64,000 nt of DNA from Azolla caroliniana. Its lineage: Eukaryota; Plantae; Polypodiophyta. Below are positions 13,101 to 25,700 of the stretch, piece by piece (the stretch's first letter is position 1; each line of letters begins with the position of its first letter). The stretch is from positions 16,802,001-16,866,000 of the forward strand of contig JBHGNT010000009.1 in NCBI GenBank assembly GCA_043228905.1, written 5' to 3'. The notes under the pieces are model-generated. The model was given only the letters and a program-made list of their open reading frames with translations. It was not told where the DNA came from and made no database searches. Both the position numbers and the translations under genes were made by a program.

Positions 13101-13526
13101 CTGTCTTTAATTAAGTGTGCAGTTACATGTTAAAGAGGTCCATTTGTTAGGGTGCCTCATTAGGCAGGGCATTATAGGTGCCTGCCCATTCATCCTGATG
13201 TCTTGAAGTGGTATGAACTTGACAATAGTAATTATGACTGCTTTAGATATAATTTAATGTCTTCTGATAGATATCCAAGTGTGACGTGTCCATGATAATA
13301 ACATGTTGGTATGTATATATCTGCAGAAAAATATACATATAACAACTAAATCTTTTCACAAAATTATATACACATGCACTTATGTTTGAAGAGAGCTAGA
13401 TTTGACTTTCTTTGTGTTATTTGGCAGACAAAATTCCCAACATTGAAAAGGATTGGAGAATCCTTACATGCTCTACCGTTTGTTGAAGCAGCTTCACCAG
13501 AGAAGCAACCAGATGCGATAGTTTAA
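10124..13526 (+). CDS. GSTZ: zeta-class glutathione S-transferase / maleylacetoacetate isomerase, 216 aa
   Basis: Exons 10124-10211, 10615-10671, 10787-10872, 11785-11856, 12407-12460, 12550-12687, 12883-12939 and 13428-13526. All introns are GT-AG and the frame is open. Motifs [25 protein letters not shown] and PEKQPDA. Confidence 0.96.
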
Positions 13527-14126
13527 ACGTCGCCTATGTGGATAATAATATTACATGCAAAATACCAGACCTACTATATTGTAGGTGGGTGCGATTGACA
13601 GCAGAACTTACTATGTGAAAGTCATTGCAAAGGTATGAAATCTAGCATCTACCTGCAATGATTTCCAGAGAGTGATTACATATCTCTGGTTTATATTTGA
13701 ATAAGAGCCTGCATCAACGGTCAATGAGCTTTCAATAATTGACCAATGTTTGCAATGATGTTTTGCATCATCTATGTTCTTGCATATACTAAGTGCTGAA
13801 AATTCATGATAACACTTTATTCTTGATGGGTATACAACATGCAACATATAGATCTTGTTTCAACCGTGTAAATAATAAAGTGTATAGTTTCACAAACTGT
13901 ATTATATGAAATCTTTTTCAATGTGGACGAGTGCCGTTTAACTTCATGTCCCAGACAATGGTCACTTATTGTGCCTAAATCGGACTATGAGGTTCATTAA
14001 AATACAATGAAGTTGTGATATTAAGGGGAGACAGAACAAGTATCCTATGCTTGATCGCACAACCGAAATGACCCACAATTTATATGCATGGGAGACCAAT
14101 AACACGATGATAAATTGTTCACGCGA

Positions 14127-14575
14127 TTCATCCAAATGTTTAAGATTTTTATGTGATGCTGTAGCTAGAAGAGATGGAATCAAGCATAAAGACTTATCGA
14201 ATAAGTTCTTGAGATAGAAATGAATGTTGGAAACTAGAGCTTGATAGATTGAATGTTTGACGAGTGGAGCACGTAGGTCGAATAAGTTGAGATAAATGAA
14301 TGTTGGAAACTAGAGCTTGATAGATGGAACTTTTGATAAACTCTTCATGTGATTCATCCAAATGTTTAAGATTTTTATGTGATGCTGTAGCTAGAAGAGA
14401 TGGAATCAAGCATAAAGACTTATCAAATAAATTCTTGAGATAGGAATGAATGTTGGAAACTATAGTTTGCCAAATTGAATGTTTGATGAGTGGAGCACGT
14501 AGATCGAATAAGTTGAGATAAATGAATGCTGGAAACTAGAGCTTGATAGATGGAACTTTTGATGAATGGAGCATG
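14127..14575. repeat. ~226-bp tandem duplication with internal sub-repeats
   Basis: ATTCATCCAAATGTTTAAGATTTTTATGTGATGCTG... occurs at about 14127 and 14352. Confidence 0.9.
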
Positions 14576-14627
14576 TAGATTGACTGTACACGGAATCAAG
14601 CTATATATGAACGAGCCGAGAGTGACA

Positions 14628-14630
<3 letters not shown>

Positions 14631-14689
<59 letters not shown>
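14631..14689. repeat. compound (TG)n(AG)n microsatellite
   Basis: Seen directly. Confidence 0.97.
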
Positions 14690-14691
<2 letters not shown>

Positions 14692-16069
14692 AGGACTAGG
14701 GTCTGGCTCTTGTTTCTTTTGCACCGTTCCATTGGACGATAGTACACATAGGTTCATTAAATGTCTATAGTGTGTACCATTTGAAAGTACTTATCAGACA
14801 TTTGACAAGTTTTAGCCCGATGTTGTTTGAGACCTCAACAATGGGTTTTTTCTCAATATATTCAAAATGGTTCAAATGATGAGATAGACATATTGTTCCA
14901 ATTTTTACATTATTGGAGACTTCAAATGAATTCGTCAAGTAACTTCAAAACATATTTTGACTGCGGCATAACAATAAACCTATCTTTCTAGTGAAACTAA
15001 AAGCCTAAATAGTAATGTAATACTCCCATGTCATTCATAGTTTAACTTACATACAAAATTTTCTTTCCCGTTTATTTCAAATCCTCGAGGTTGATACATA
15101 AACCTCATGCAAGTCTCCATTTAGAAAAGCAGTTTTAATGTCTAACTGATGAATTCTCCAACCAAAATGAACGACCACGCATCTCACAATGCTCATGGGT
15201 AAAAGCATGAGAATGGAAACACTATTATAGCTAATTAACTATTTGTTTAACTAATTTTTCGTGGGGAAATCATACTTTGATCATTTATGAAATTTTGCAG
15301 AGTTATTACTCAAAAGTTTGCTTTATTACATGTCATTTATTATGGTAAATAGGTAATTTATGGGAACACTCAAAATTTTGAACTTTGGTTTCTAACGTAG
15401 TGGAACCTAGGGAACAATGCCCTCATCTAAACTCAACTTGGATGTCAGCAAAGTCCTGCTAATCCTGAGTTTGAGTCCAAAATCGAAATAGATGGAGTAC
15501 TCTAAGCATGAACGTAGACGAAGCTCCCGCAACAACACAAAAACTCTGATATTGACATTACACCTTCAAAGCACCAACACACCACCATTTCGATCCTCGT
15601 CCATGTATGTATCAGTTACACATTACATGCATTAAAAAAATATAAAAAAATCCTTTCTAATAGCTGTAATTGTCTTGCTTGTTCATCTTTTATAAAAAAC
15701 GATTAGGGCGAAGTTGTTGGAGTCCCAAACAAGGATGTCTCGAAGATCGGGGTGTAGCAGCATGTGTGTTTCTGATTGACAAAAATTCTGATTAGGGTTG
15801 AGTTCATACATATTTCAGATTAGGGTTTCTGATTTCTTTAAGCAGTTTATTTCTGATTACGATTGAAAATTTCAGATTTAGGGTTAAAATTTTGCACCAA
15901 TTCACATTCTAATTTCAATGGTTGTGTGTCTACAAACTTCCCCCAAACTTGATTTAGGATTTTGATGCATGTGCTTGATTTTTTATTTTTTATTCTTCCC
16001 TACCAATTATGATTCTAAATACACATGTCCCAGTAGAGCAAAGGTAACATGGATTGATTTTTTATTTCA

Positions 16070-19000
16070 GGTGGCTTGTTCCTCCATATCCTAGAGTGCT
16101 GAACTTTGCAAAGTTTTGCGAGACAAAGGAGGACTTTAACAACATATATGGTTTGTCACTAGAGGGTATTGACCTTGCTGTTCTAACGGATAAATTGATT
16201 AGTGATGTAGACTAGTTGTTAGTTTATAATGTGCCCAGAGTGAAGGACAAGGTGAAGCTGAAGCATGTACGACCGGAGTTGTATGATGATTGTATGAGGC
16301 TCCACTAGAAAGTACATCAAGAGATCTCGGTCAACAACGATTTGTCCATTGCATTCGCTAGAGCTTTTGCATACGAGTATTGCAAAACAACAAAGGAAGC
16401 AACATACCCTAAAATACAGGGTAGCTTGGGCTATTGCAGGTGAGGCGTTGGTAGAATGATGCCGGAAGATGGGGAACTTGCAACAAAAGATGGCAAGATT
16501 CTAGAGCATAACATTTGATGATGCAACTGCTGGCTCCCAACAAACCCGCAAGTATACACCATACCAAAACACAATCAAAGCCAATGTCGATGATATAGGT
16601 GAGACATTGATTAGCTATATGTTCAAAATTGTCTATAAAGCTTGTGAGACATTGGAGGCAACAAAGACTGATTTAGAGAAAGCAACATTGGTTGTTGCGA
16701 TGGAAAGCAAAGTCACTTTGGTAGTGGAATAATCATAAATAAGATTCAGCTAGTTATTGTTTTGCTAGTATGTAATATGTTATAAATAACTTGTACATGA
16801 AAATGTGCTCAGTGAGGCATTATCTAGAACAACATGAGCTCGAAACTAAGGGGTCGTTGGATCCCCAACGGAAAATACAGCTCTAGACGGAGATTTATGT
16901 TCTTTCAATGAACCTAGATCTTCTAGGTGTAAATAATGTCGCTGATAACAATTTGGAGAACCTCCAAGTAAGTTAAGGATTCTTGCTTCTTGTTGTTCTA
17001 TCTTCCTCATTAAGGATTGATAAATTGGTAAATTTCTCGGTTGCGTTGTAGGATCAATCCTATCTTCAAGAACATGTAGTTCGTTGCCTTTAGAAGCAGC
17101 TACATTTTGTGGAGGGGATGGTAAGGAGTAGACAAGAATTGAACCTCAACATTCTTGCTCCCTTACCAAACGTAGGAGAACCAGGCAACGATATATTGAC
17201 TGTTCAGGCACATTGCATCGCTTGCGGCTTAGGCGTGGAGGACAAAACTGCTACTCTACTGGTACACCTACGACCATGCCAACACACGTACCATATCGCT
17301 TGTTTTGCATATGCATGTCGCACTGTTGCAGTCTATTTGGGATTGCAATACAACTCTCCCTGATGAGTGGAGAAAACAGACAGGTAAATTTGTTGGTTGT
17401 CTCTATTGTGTAGTAGCTAATTAGTTACATCTTAGCTAATTACCTAATCCGTATAAAGTGTGGTAGCTAATATTATGGTTCAATAGTGTAGTAGCTATTT
17501 AGCTACAGCGTAGGTAATTAGCTAAGAAGTATAAAGTGTAAACACTAATTAGCTAAGCAATATAAAATGTGGTAGCTAATTAGCTATTGTGGTTCTGTAA
17601 TGTAACTGTAGCTAATTAGCTACAACATAGGGTTTTAGCTAAGCAATAAAAAGTGTAAACGCTAATAAGCTAAGCTATATAAAATGTGGTAGCTAATTAA
17701 CTACAACATAGGGTTTTAGCTAAGCAGTATCAAGAGTGGTAGCTAATTAACTATTGTCATGCTTAAGTAGAGTAGCTAATTAGCTACTGCCAATCTATAG
17801 TGTAGCAGCTAATTAGCTACAATGTAGCTAATTAGCTAAGTAGTATCAAGAGTGGTAGCTAATTAGCTCCATTCATACTTAAGTAGAGTAGCTAATGAGC
17901 TAAGATGTAGCTAATTAGTTATTGCCAATCTATAATGTACTAGCTAATTAGCTACAACATAGGGTTTTAGCTAAGTAGTACCAAGAGTCATAACTAATTA
18001 GCTACTATCATACTTAAGTAGAGTAGCTAATTAGCTACTGCCAATCTATAGTGTAGCAGCTAATTAGCTACAATGTAGCTAATTAGCTAAGTAGTATCAA
18101 GAGTGGTAGCTAATTAGCTCCGTTCATACTTAAGTAGAGTAGCTAATGAGCTAAGATGTAGCTAATTAGTTATTGCCAATCTATAATGTACTAGCTAATT
18201 AGCTACAACATAGGGTTTTAGCTAAGCAGTACCAAGAGTCATAGCTAATTAGCTACTATCATACTTAAGTAGAGTAGCTAATTAGCTACTGCCAATCTAT
18301 AGTGTAGCAACTAATTAGCTACAATGTAGCTACTTAGCTAAGCAAAACCAAGAGGGGTAGTTAATTAGCTACTACCATACTTAAGTAGAGTAGCTAATTA
18401 GCTAAGATGTAGCTAATTAGCTACTGCCAATCTATAATGTAGCAACGAATTAGCTACAATGTAGTTAATTAGCTAAGCAGTATCAAGAGTTGTAGCTAAT
18501 TAGCTATTGCCAATCTATGGTCTAGTTACTGCCAATGTTTAGTTGTCAAGTAAGGTGGTAGAAAAACACAAGTGTAGTAGATAAATAAGTTCATAGAAGT
18601 AACTAATTAGCTGACATGTTGTTGTAGAATCTCGTGGATTAAGGAGGTTGCATGAGGTGTCTAGTGTTGATGATGCCGCAACCGATGGGGAGATAGCTGG
18701 AAATGTGGCTGAAAGTAAGAGTCCTACTATCACATCTCCTTCAGATCAGTTGCACCCTATTCTTTTGGAAGATTGTACTGAATTAGGCAACGTCATGAAA
18801 AGCTATGAAATACTAGACCCAACATGTAAATCTTAGGTTCATAACAATAGTGTTTTTGAACACTTGATGCAACATTTCTTCGAATCTCAGAACCTTGATT
18901 CAACCCCACCGAGCCCAACTGCTGATGATGTCCCACCAGATCCCACTCTACTTGAACTACTAACGCAACATGCGGAGGAGGACACACTTGCACAATGGGT

Positions 19001-19775
19001 TAAAGAAGCAAGGCTAAATGGGCAACCTTCTAGAAAAAGGCTGAATAAGGGGCTGTAATAAGGGACAAGACCAGTTACTCAGTTAAGGGGCTCTTGAATT
19101 ACTAATTAGTGGGATATGACCATAGCTATTTTCCTAGAAAATTATGAAGTTTTCCTATGATCTATTTGGACAAGTAAAACCTCAGATTGGTTGTTGCTTG
19201 ATCCACATTATGTAATGGAACTCTATGATGGATATGAAGATAATATTATTATTTTGTTGCAGAATATTTCATGTTCATTATGTTGTTTTGTGAGACTGTT
19301 AGCTACTTTGTGAGTGTGAATATGTTGGTGTTTTCTGATGTTGCAGAGTCTAAAGGGTTTGAATCTATTGCTCCTAAGGCCGATGGCAGTGTGGAAACTG
19401 TTGATGTTGCTGCGTGTTTAGAGGGCCCATCTTGAAAGTAGATGTAGCAACTGACACAAATGATCTAGTCATGCAATTAGATCAAGCATGTTGTACAAAT
19501 GATCTGATTTTGCAAGTAGATGCAACATGTGATACCAGTGGGCTCATATCAACTAGAGAAGTACCTACATGCACAGAGGTAATGCCAAGACCGATGACAA
19601 AGTCGACTATACAAGAGCAAAACAATGTGAAGCCAGCCCCAATGACTACACAAGAGCAAAACAAAGGTGAAGCTAGACCCAAAGACACAGTCGACTAGGG
19701 GTTTGAAGAGGAAAAGGACACCAAGTGTGTCGACAGAACCTGAGTTGATTGAAATTGATCGTGTGCTACCAATAC
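16070..19775 (+). pseudogene. decayed spliced gene with a RING-like finger, probable cargo of the Sola2-like element
   Basis: Coding-like blocks separated by GT-AG introns (e.g. 17384-18628). Motif CIAC...PCQHTYHIAC at about 17214-17302. Many stop codons. Confidence 0.55.
17410..18610. repeat. TAGCTAATTAGCTA palindromic minisatellite with a 251-bp higher-order unit
   Basis: Dozens of TAGCTAATTAGCTA motifs. The block CTTAAGTAGAGTAGCTAATTAGCTACTGCC starts at 17762, 18013 and 18264. Confidence 0.93.
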
Positions 19776-19779
19776 CATT

Positions 19780-22700
19780 AGAAGACCTGCTCACTTCCCA
19801 CTCCCCAAAATACGTGTTTGATATCTCGGACCTGCAAGGAATAAACACCAGTTGCACTCGTTTACAATTAGTTCTTAAAAATTCAACTACATGTGTTGCA
19901 CAATTCATATGCACACCATCTACCTTTAGTTGTTGATGGGTAACTGCCCGCTTTATTACTGCACTTGCTCCATCATGTTCACCTTTACCATGACCGGACC
20001 CAAAAAAAATCCATCTCATCTCCAAACCTGTTACAAAAGGATACCTCCCAACAAAATAAAATGGACGTCTAGCCTTGAATTGTGATGTAGCTCCGTCAAA
20101 CCAGACCCAATGTTGAGCCAGCTCCAAATGTTGACGTAATAACCATTGTCAATGAAACTTAAAACAATGTTGGACAAACAAGGTATCATGCTTCTTATCA
20201 TCAGAAATAAAAAAATGAATTACTTTCTTAACATCACCTGAAACTCAAAAATATGTTATGTGCACAAAAATGGTTACATGCACTCAATACCAATGCATGG
20301 ATTGAATTTCATTCTACTACTTGAAAGTATAGTTCTCTGCGAAATCTACTACTGAGACTACTACATCATTTGGAAAATCAGATATGGAAGTTTTAAACTA
20401 ATGGGGCTGCCATGAGTAGATGTTTAATGAACTTTCCTAGAGATACTACAAATAGAGACACCAAATGGTTTAAGCGACTTCCTAACTAGATCCTTTCTTT
20501 TACACACCTTTCCTTCGAAATTGGTATCCACGGACTCAAATGACTTGACAGAGATTAATATTTCACTACTCGACTCTTTTGGACACCACCTAAATCTACT
20601 AGGTTCACAATCTTGACGTAAACCCATGACACATTTATAACTGTGTAAGATAACCTCAGATTCTCTTGCACACAATACTGAATCTAAAAGACCACTCATG
20701 GACGAGATAACATGCTCCGATGATTTACAGTGCTCTTGTAGGCTAGATCGACAAATTGGGCACTCACAAGTGCAAACTGCATCCTCTAGGGAGGAGCTAT
20801 GGTGACGTAGTAGATTAACAAAGTCCTTGAGAAAACCCATTTGTACATGGTAAATGCAACAACATGTGTATCGATCCTTTAAGCGTTTCACAAAGTCTGG
20901 CTTAAGAGACTCGAATGTTCGTAGTTGAACTTTGATATTTGGATGCATTCACTTAAACCTAATAAATAAATCTACCTGCGTAATAAAAAGGGAGTCTAGT
21001 GAGTATTCTGATGCAACCTAATGTAGCTAGTTAGATACAATGTTGTAGCTAATTAGCTATGATCATACTCTCGTGTAGCTAATTAGTTATTTTGATGTAG
21101 TTAATTAGCTATTAGTAGTAGCTAATTAGCTATTATAGTAGCTAATTGCCTATTACCAATAGCTAATTACCTATTACTATTAACTAGTTAGCTATTTCCA
21201 ATAGCTAGTTAGCTATGATCATATTCTAATGTGCTAATTAGTTGATAATAACTAGTTAGCTCCACTCCCCCTTCACTCCGGCATGGGATGCCTCATAAAT
21301 CCGATCCACTTCCGGCATGCGTCTAGCTTGTCGGGCGTCAACACCTTGGTCAGCATATCCGACCCGTTCTCCTCCGTGTGGATCTTCGTCAACACGAACT
21401 CTTGGTCTTCTACTCGCTCCCAAATCCAGTGGTACCTCCCTGGATGGGCTTCGTCCTGGAATGATACGTTGCGTTCTTCGCAAGGTGGATGACACTTTGA
21501 TTGTCGCAATAGAGCCGGTATTCCTCTTGCCGGATCCCTAGCTCTTTGATGAAGTCCTTCATCCATAGTATTTCTTTACCGGCTTCCACAGCCGCCATGT
21601 ACTCCGCTTCCATGGTTGACAACGCAATCGTCTTCTACATCATCGATTGCCACGAAACAGCTCCTCCCGCATATATGTCATGACATATCCGGATGTTGAC
21701 CGGCTAGTATCCGCATCAGCCGACATATCCGAATCGGTGAAACCGTCAAGTTGGGGTTTACCAGAGCCGAATCGGAGACACATACTTGAGGTGCCTTTCA
21801 AGTATCAGAGTATCCATTTTACCGCATTCAAGTGCTCCTTGCCGGGATTGCTCATAAACCGGCTCACCACTTTGATTGCATATCCGATATCTGGTCGGGT
21901 ACACACCATTGCTTACATTAGGCTCCCGACGGCAGAGGCATATGGTATCTTCATCACATCCGCCTTCTCTGCCTTCGTCTTTAGGCTGTGCTTACCGGAT
22001 AACTTGCAGTTTGCCAGAAGTGTCGATCCGACCGGTTTCACATCTGACATGTTGAACCGTTGAAGCACCTTTGTCACGTACTTCTCCTGTGACAGCCACA
22101 ATTGCTTCGTTGGCCGGTCCCGGATGATAGGCATCCCCAGCATCTGTCTTGCCGGACCCAAGTCTCTCATTGAGAAGGTCTAGTTCAGGGCCTTCTTCAG
22201 CATCCGTATCTTGACTTGGTCTCGTCTAACGATCAACATGTCGTCCACATACAAGAGGAGTATTAGGAAGTCTCCATCTTCTAACTTCTTCCCAAATACG
22301 CAGTGATCGGCCTACGTCTTGTGGTACCCTTGATCGGTCATGAAGGAGTCGAACTTCCGGTACCATTTGCAGGGGAGCCTGCTTCAACCCGTAGAGGCTC
22401 TTTTTTATCCGGCAAACCAGGTGCTCCTTCCCTTTCTTCACAAATCAATCCGGTTGCTACATGTAGATCTCCTCTTCAAGGTCGTCGTGGAGGAACGTCG
22501 TCTTCACGTCTAACTGCTCTACCTCGAGGTCCATGCGTGCCGCCATGCTCAGCACCGTCCGGATAGAAGTCATCTTTACTACCGGGGCAAATATCTCGTC
22601 GAAGTCCACGCCCTTCTTCTACTAGAACCCCTTCACCACGATCCTAGCTTTGTACCTTGGAGGGTTGCCGGCATCTCCTGGTTTCAACTTGTACACCCAC

Positions 22701-25700
22701 TTGTTTCGGAGTGCCCTCTTTCCTTTTGGCAACTCCACCAATTCATACGTGTGGTTCTCATGCAGGGAATCCATCTCGTCCTACATGGCACTCAACCACT
22801 TGCGGCTATGGGTGTCATCCTTAGCTTCTTCGAAGCTTTCCGGCTCCCCCTCATCGGTCAACAGCACCTGATCTGCATCCGGAAATCTCCGAGGGGGCCT
22901 TCTCTCTCTGAGAGGATATCTCCATCTTTGGCTTTCAGCAACCGGCTCCTCAATTTGTTCTTCATCCGAATCCAATCCAGGGTCTTGGCTGGTTCCGGTT
23001 TCAGCTTCCTCTACTTCTTCTTCTGCCGGTTTGGTATCCTCACCGTAACCGGCTAGTTCCTCGAGTGTCAACCGGTTCTTAGCCTGGTGGGTCCGAATCT
23101 CATCCGAGTTCATTATATTCTTCTCCGACTCCCAGTCGGCAAGAGTCTTGTCCTCCATGAAGATAATATCTCGGCTCCGGAAAACCTTCTTGTCAACCGG
23201 ATCCCACACTCGGAAACCGAACTCATCATCGCCATATCTGGGGAATATGCATGGCCAGGTCTTTGGATCCAACTTTCCTCTCCGGTCCTTAGCAACATGC
23301 ACGTACACGAGACACCCGAACACCTTCAGATGCCTGTTATCCTTACCATTCCACACCTTTTGCGGCGTGTCTCCATCCAAGGGCACTAAGGGTGATCTGT
23401 TTATCACATACATTGTTGTTGACAGCGCCTCGGCCCAAAACGTCTTGGGTAGCTTAGCATGTGCTAGCATACTCCGGACCCTCTCCATTATGGTCTGGTT
23501 CATCCTCTCGGCCAGTTCATTTAGTTCCGGCGTCTTCAGCACGATAAATTCGAGCTGGATTCCCTTCGAGCGGTAGTACTCCTCTAACTGCCCCCGGTAT
23601 TCTCCTTCGTTATTTGCTCGAAACGCCTTCAGCTTCTGTCCGGTTTCTCTTTCCACTATTGCGTGGAGCTCCTTGAAGACGGATAACTCCTAATCCTTCG
23701 TCCGGTTTCTCTTTCCACTCTTAATGGTGTGGCCCACAACCTCCTGTCGTGGTCATCTATGAACGTCACGAAGTACTGCGCTCCGGCATGGGACTTCGTG
23801 TCCACTTGACACACATCGGTATGCACCAACTCAAATGGTGCATTACGTCTCATCGGTGGCCTTGATCGGAAGGAGGTCCGGTTCTGCTTACCGACTAGGC
23901 AGTCGGTGCACCTCCCAAGATGCACGTTCTTCACCGGAATGAGGTTGTCATCGGCAAGCCTCTTCATCCCCTTCACGCTCATGTGACACAATCTCTTATG
24001 CCATAGCTCACCGGCAGTGTCAGATGCAACGTTCACTTCTTCCGGGCATAACCAGGCATTCATCAGGTACAACGTGTTGACCTTCCGGGCCCGAGCCACT
24101 ATCAGTCTCCCTTTGCTAAATTTCATGACTCCGTTCCGGATGCTACCCGTGTAGCCTTCATCATCTAGCCCACCAGCTGATATCAGGTTCAGTCGAACCT
24201 CCGGAACGTGTCGGACAACCTTCAGCACTAGCTTGCATCCGGTTGGCGTTGTCAACCACACGTCTCCTATGCCGACAATTCGGCATGTACATTCATTCCC
24301 CATCCGGACACAGCCGTGATCACCGGTTGTGTAGGATGAGAAGCATTTCCGGTTCGGGGTAAGGTGGAACGATGCTCCGGAATCAACAACCCACATTGTC
24401 TCGTCTTCGGCAAGGTTCAACTCACTCTCCTCGGTGATGAGCATCAACTCTTCTTCACTTGCCGCGATTGCCGTCGTTCCCTTCCGGTCCGGTCCCCTCC
24501 GGTCTTTACCGTTCCGGTCTGGTGTCCGCTTCGAATCGGTACCGTCGGTTTCCTTGTCTTTTCGGAAGTGCCTACAGTTCTTCTTAAAGTGTCCAGGCTT
24601 GCCGCAATAGAAGCAAGTAGGCCTCCCCCTTGACTTTGACCGTGTCCCTGACTTTTCCCGGTTCTGGGGACTACAGTTCCTTTGTCTTCCTCGTTCTGAT
24701 TTGGTAAGGAGTTCTTTGGAGTCGGAGCTCGTATCCTTGTCTTTCCGATGCGCCTCCTCATCTAGCAAGATCGACTTCACTCTTGCTAGGGATAACTGTT
24801 TCCCTTCCGGCCTAGCGTTGCCCAAAGTGACAACCAACGTCTCCCAGCTATCTGGGAGGGAACTGAGCAGGAGTAGTGCTAGTACCTCATCGGCGAGAGG
24901 TACTTCCAATGATGTTTCATGGTGGATCAGCCCCTGGAAGACATTCATGTGCTCTGCCATGCTGGAGCCATCTTGGTACCGGAGACTTACTAGCTTCCGA
25001 AATACTGAAACCTAATTAACAACATTTTTGTTCTGCAACATAATGTCGATCTTCTCCTAGAGCTCATGAGCCTTGCTCTCTTCATTGAAGTTGTTGTATA
25101 GGCTCATGTCGATGAAGCACTGTATGTACGTCGTTGTCTTCATGTGCATCACCTCCCATATAGGCTCATGTTGCTCTCTTAATTGAAGTTGTTGTATAGG
25201 TTCATGTCGATTTTGTCCGGTCTCTTGTCCCCGAACTAAACCGTCAACCAAAGATCTTTAACCACGAGCATGTCCCTCATCTTCAACTTCCACACTGAGT
25301 AGTTGGAGCCGGTGAGCTTGAACATGCTTCCCAACGAATCGTCCATTTTTCTATGTCGTTTTGCTCGAATACCAAATTGACGAGAAATATGCGGAATAAT
25401 CTCCGGCCACAACCGAAGCGTAGATCACTTGATGACAATCAAAACACAGAAGAAATGGGAATGGAGGTAAGTACACAAAACAGAAAGAGAATACACGGGA
25501 TATTAACGTGGAAAACCCTGAGAGGGAAAAACCACGGGAGTCCACAAACTCCAAATTATCACTATTTCAAGTAATACAACAAGGAGCACAGAAGCAACGA
25601 CCTCTTGTTCACAATCTTCGCCTAGCGGCGGTTACAACAGAGACACAATCTCTGTATATCCCTCTCTCTCTTTGTCTTACGCACTGTACAACAGTTACAC

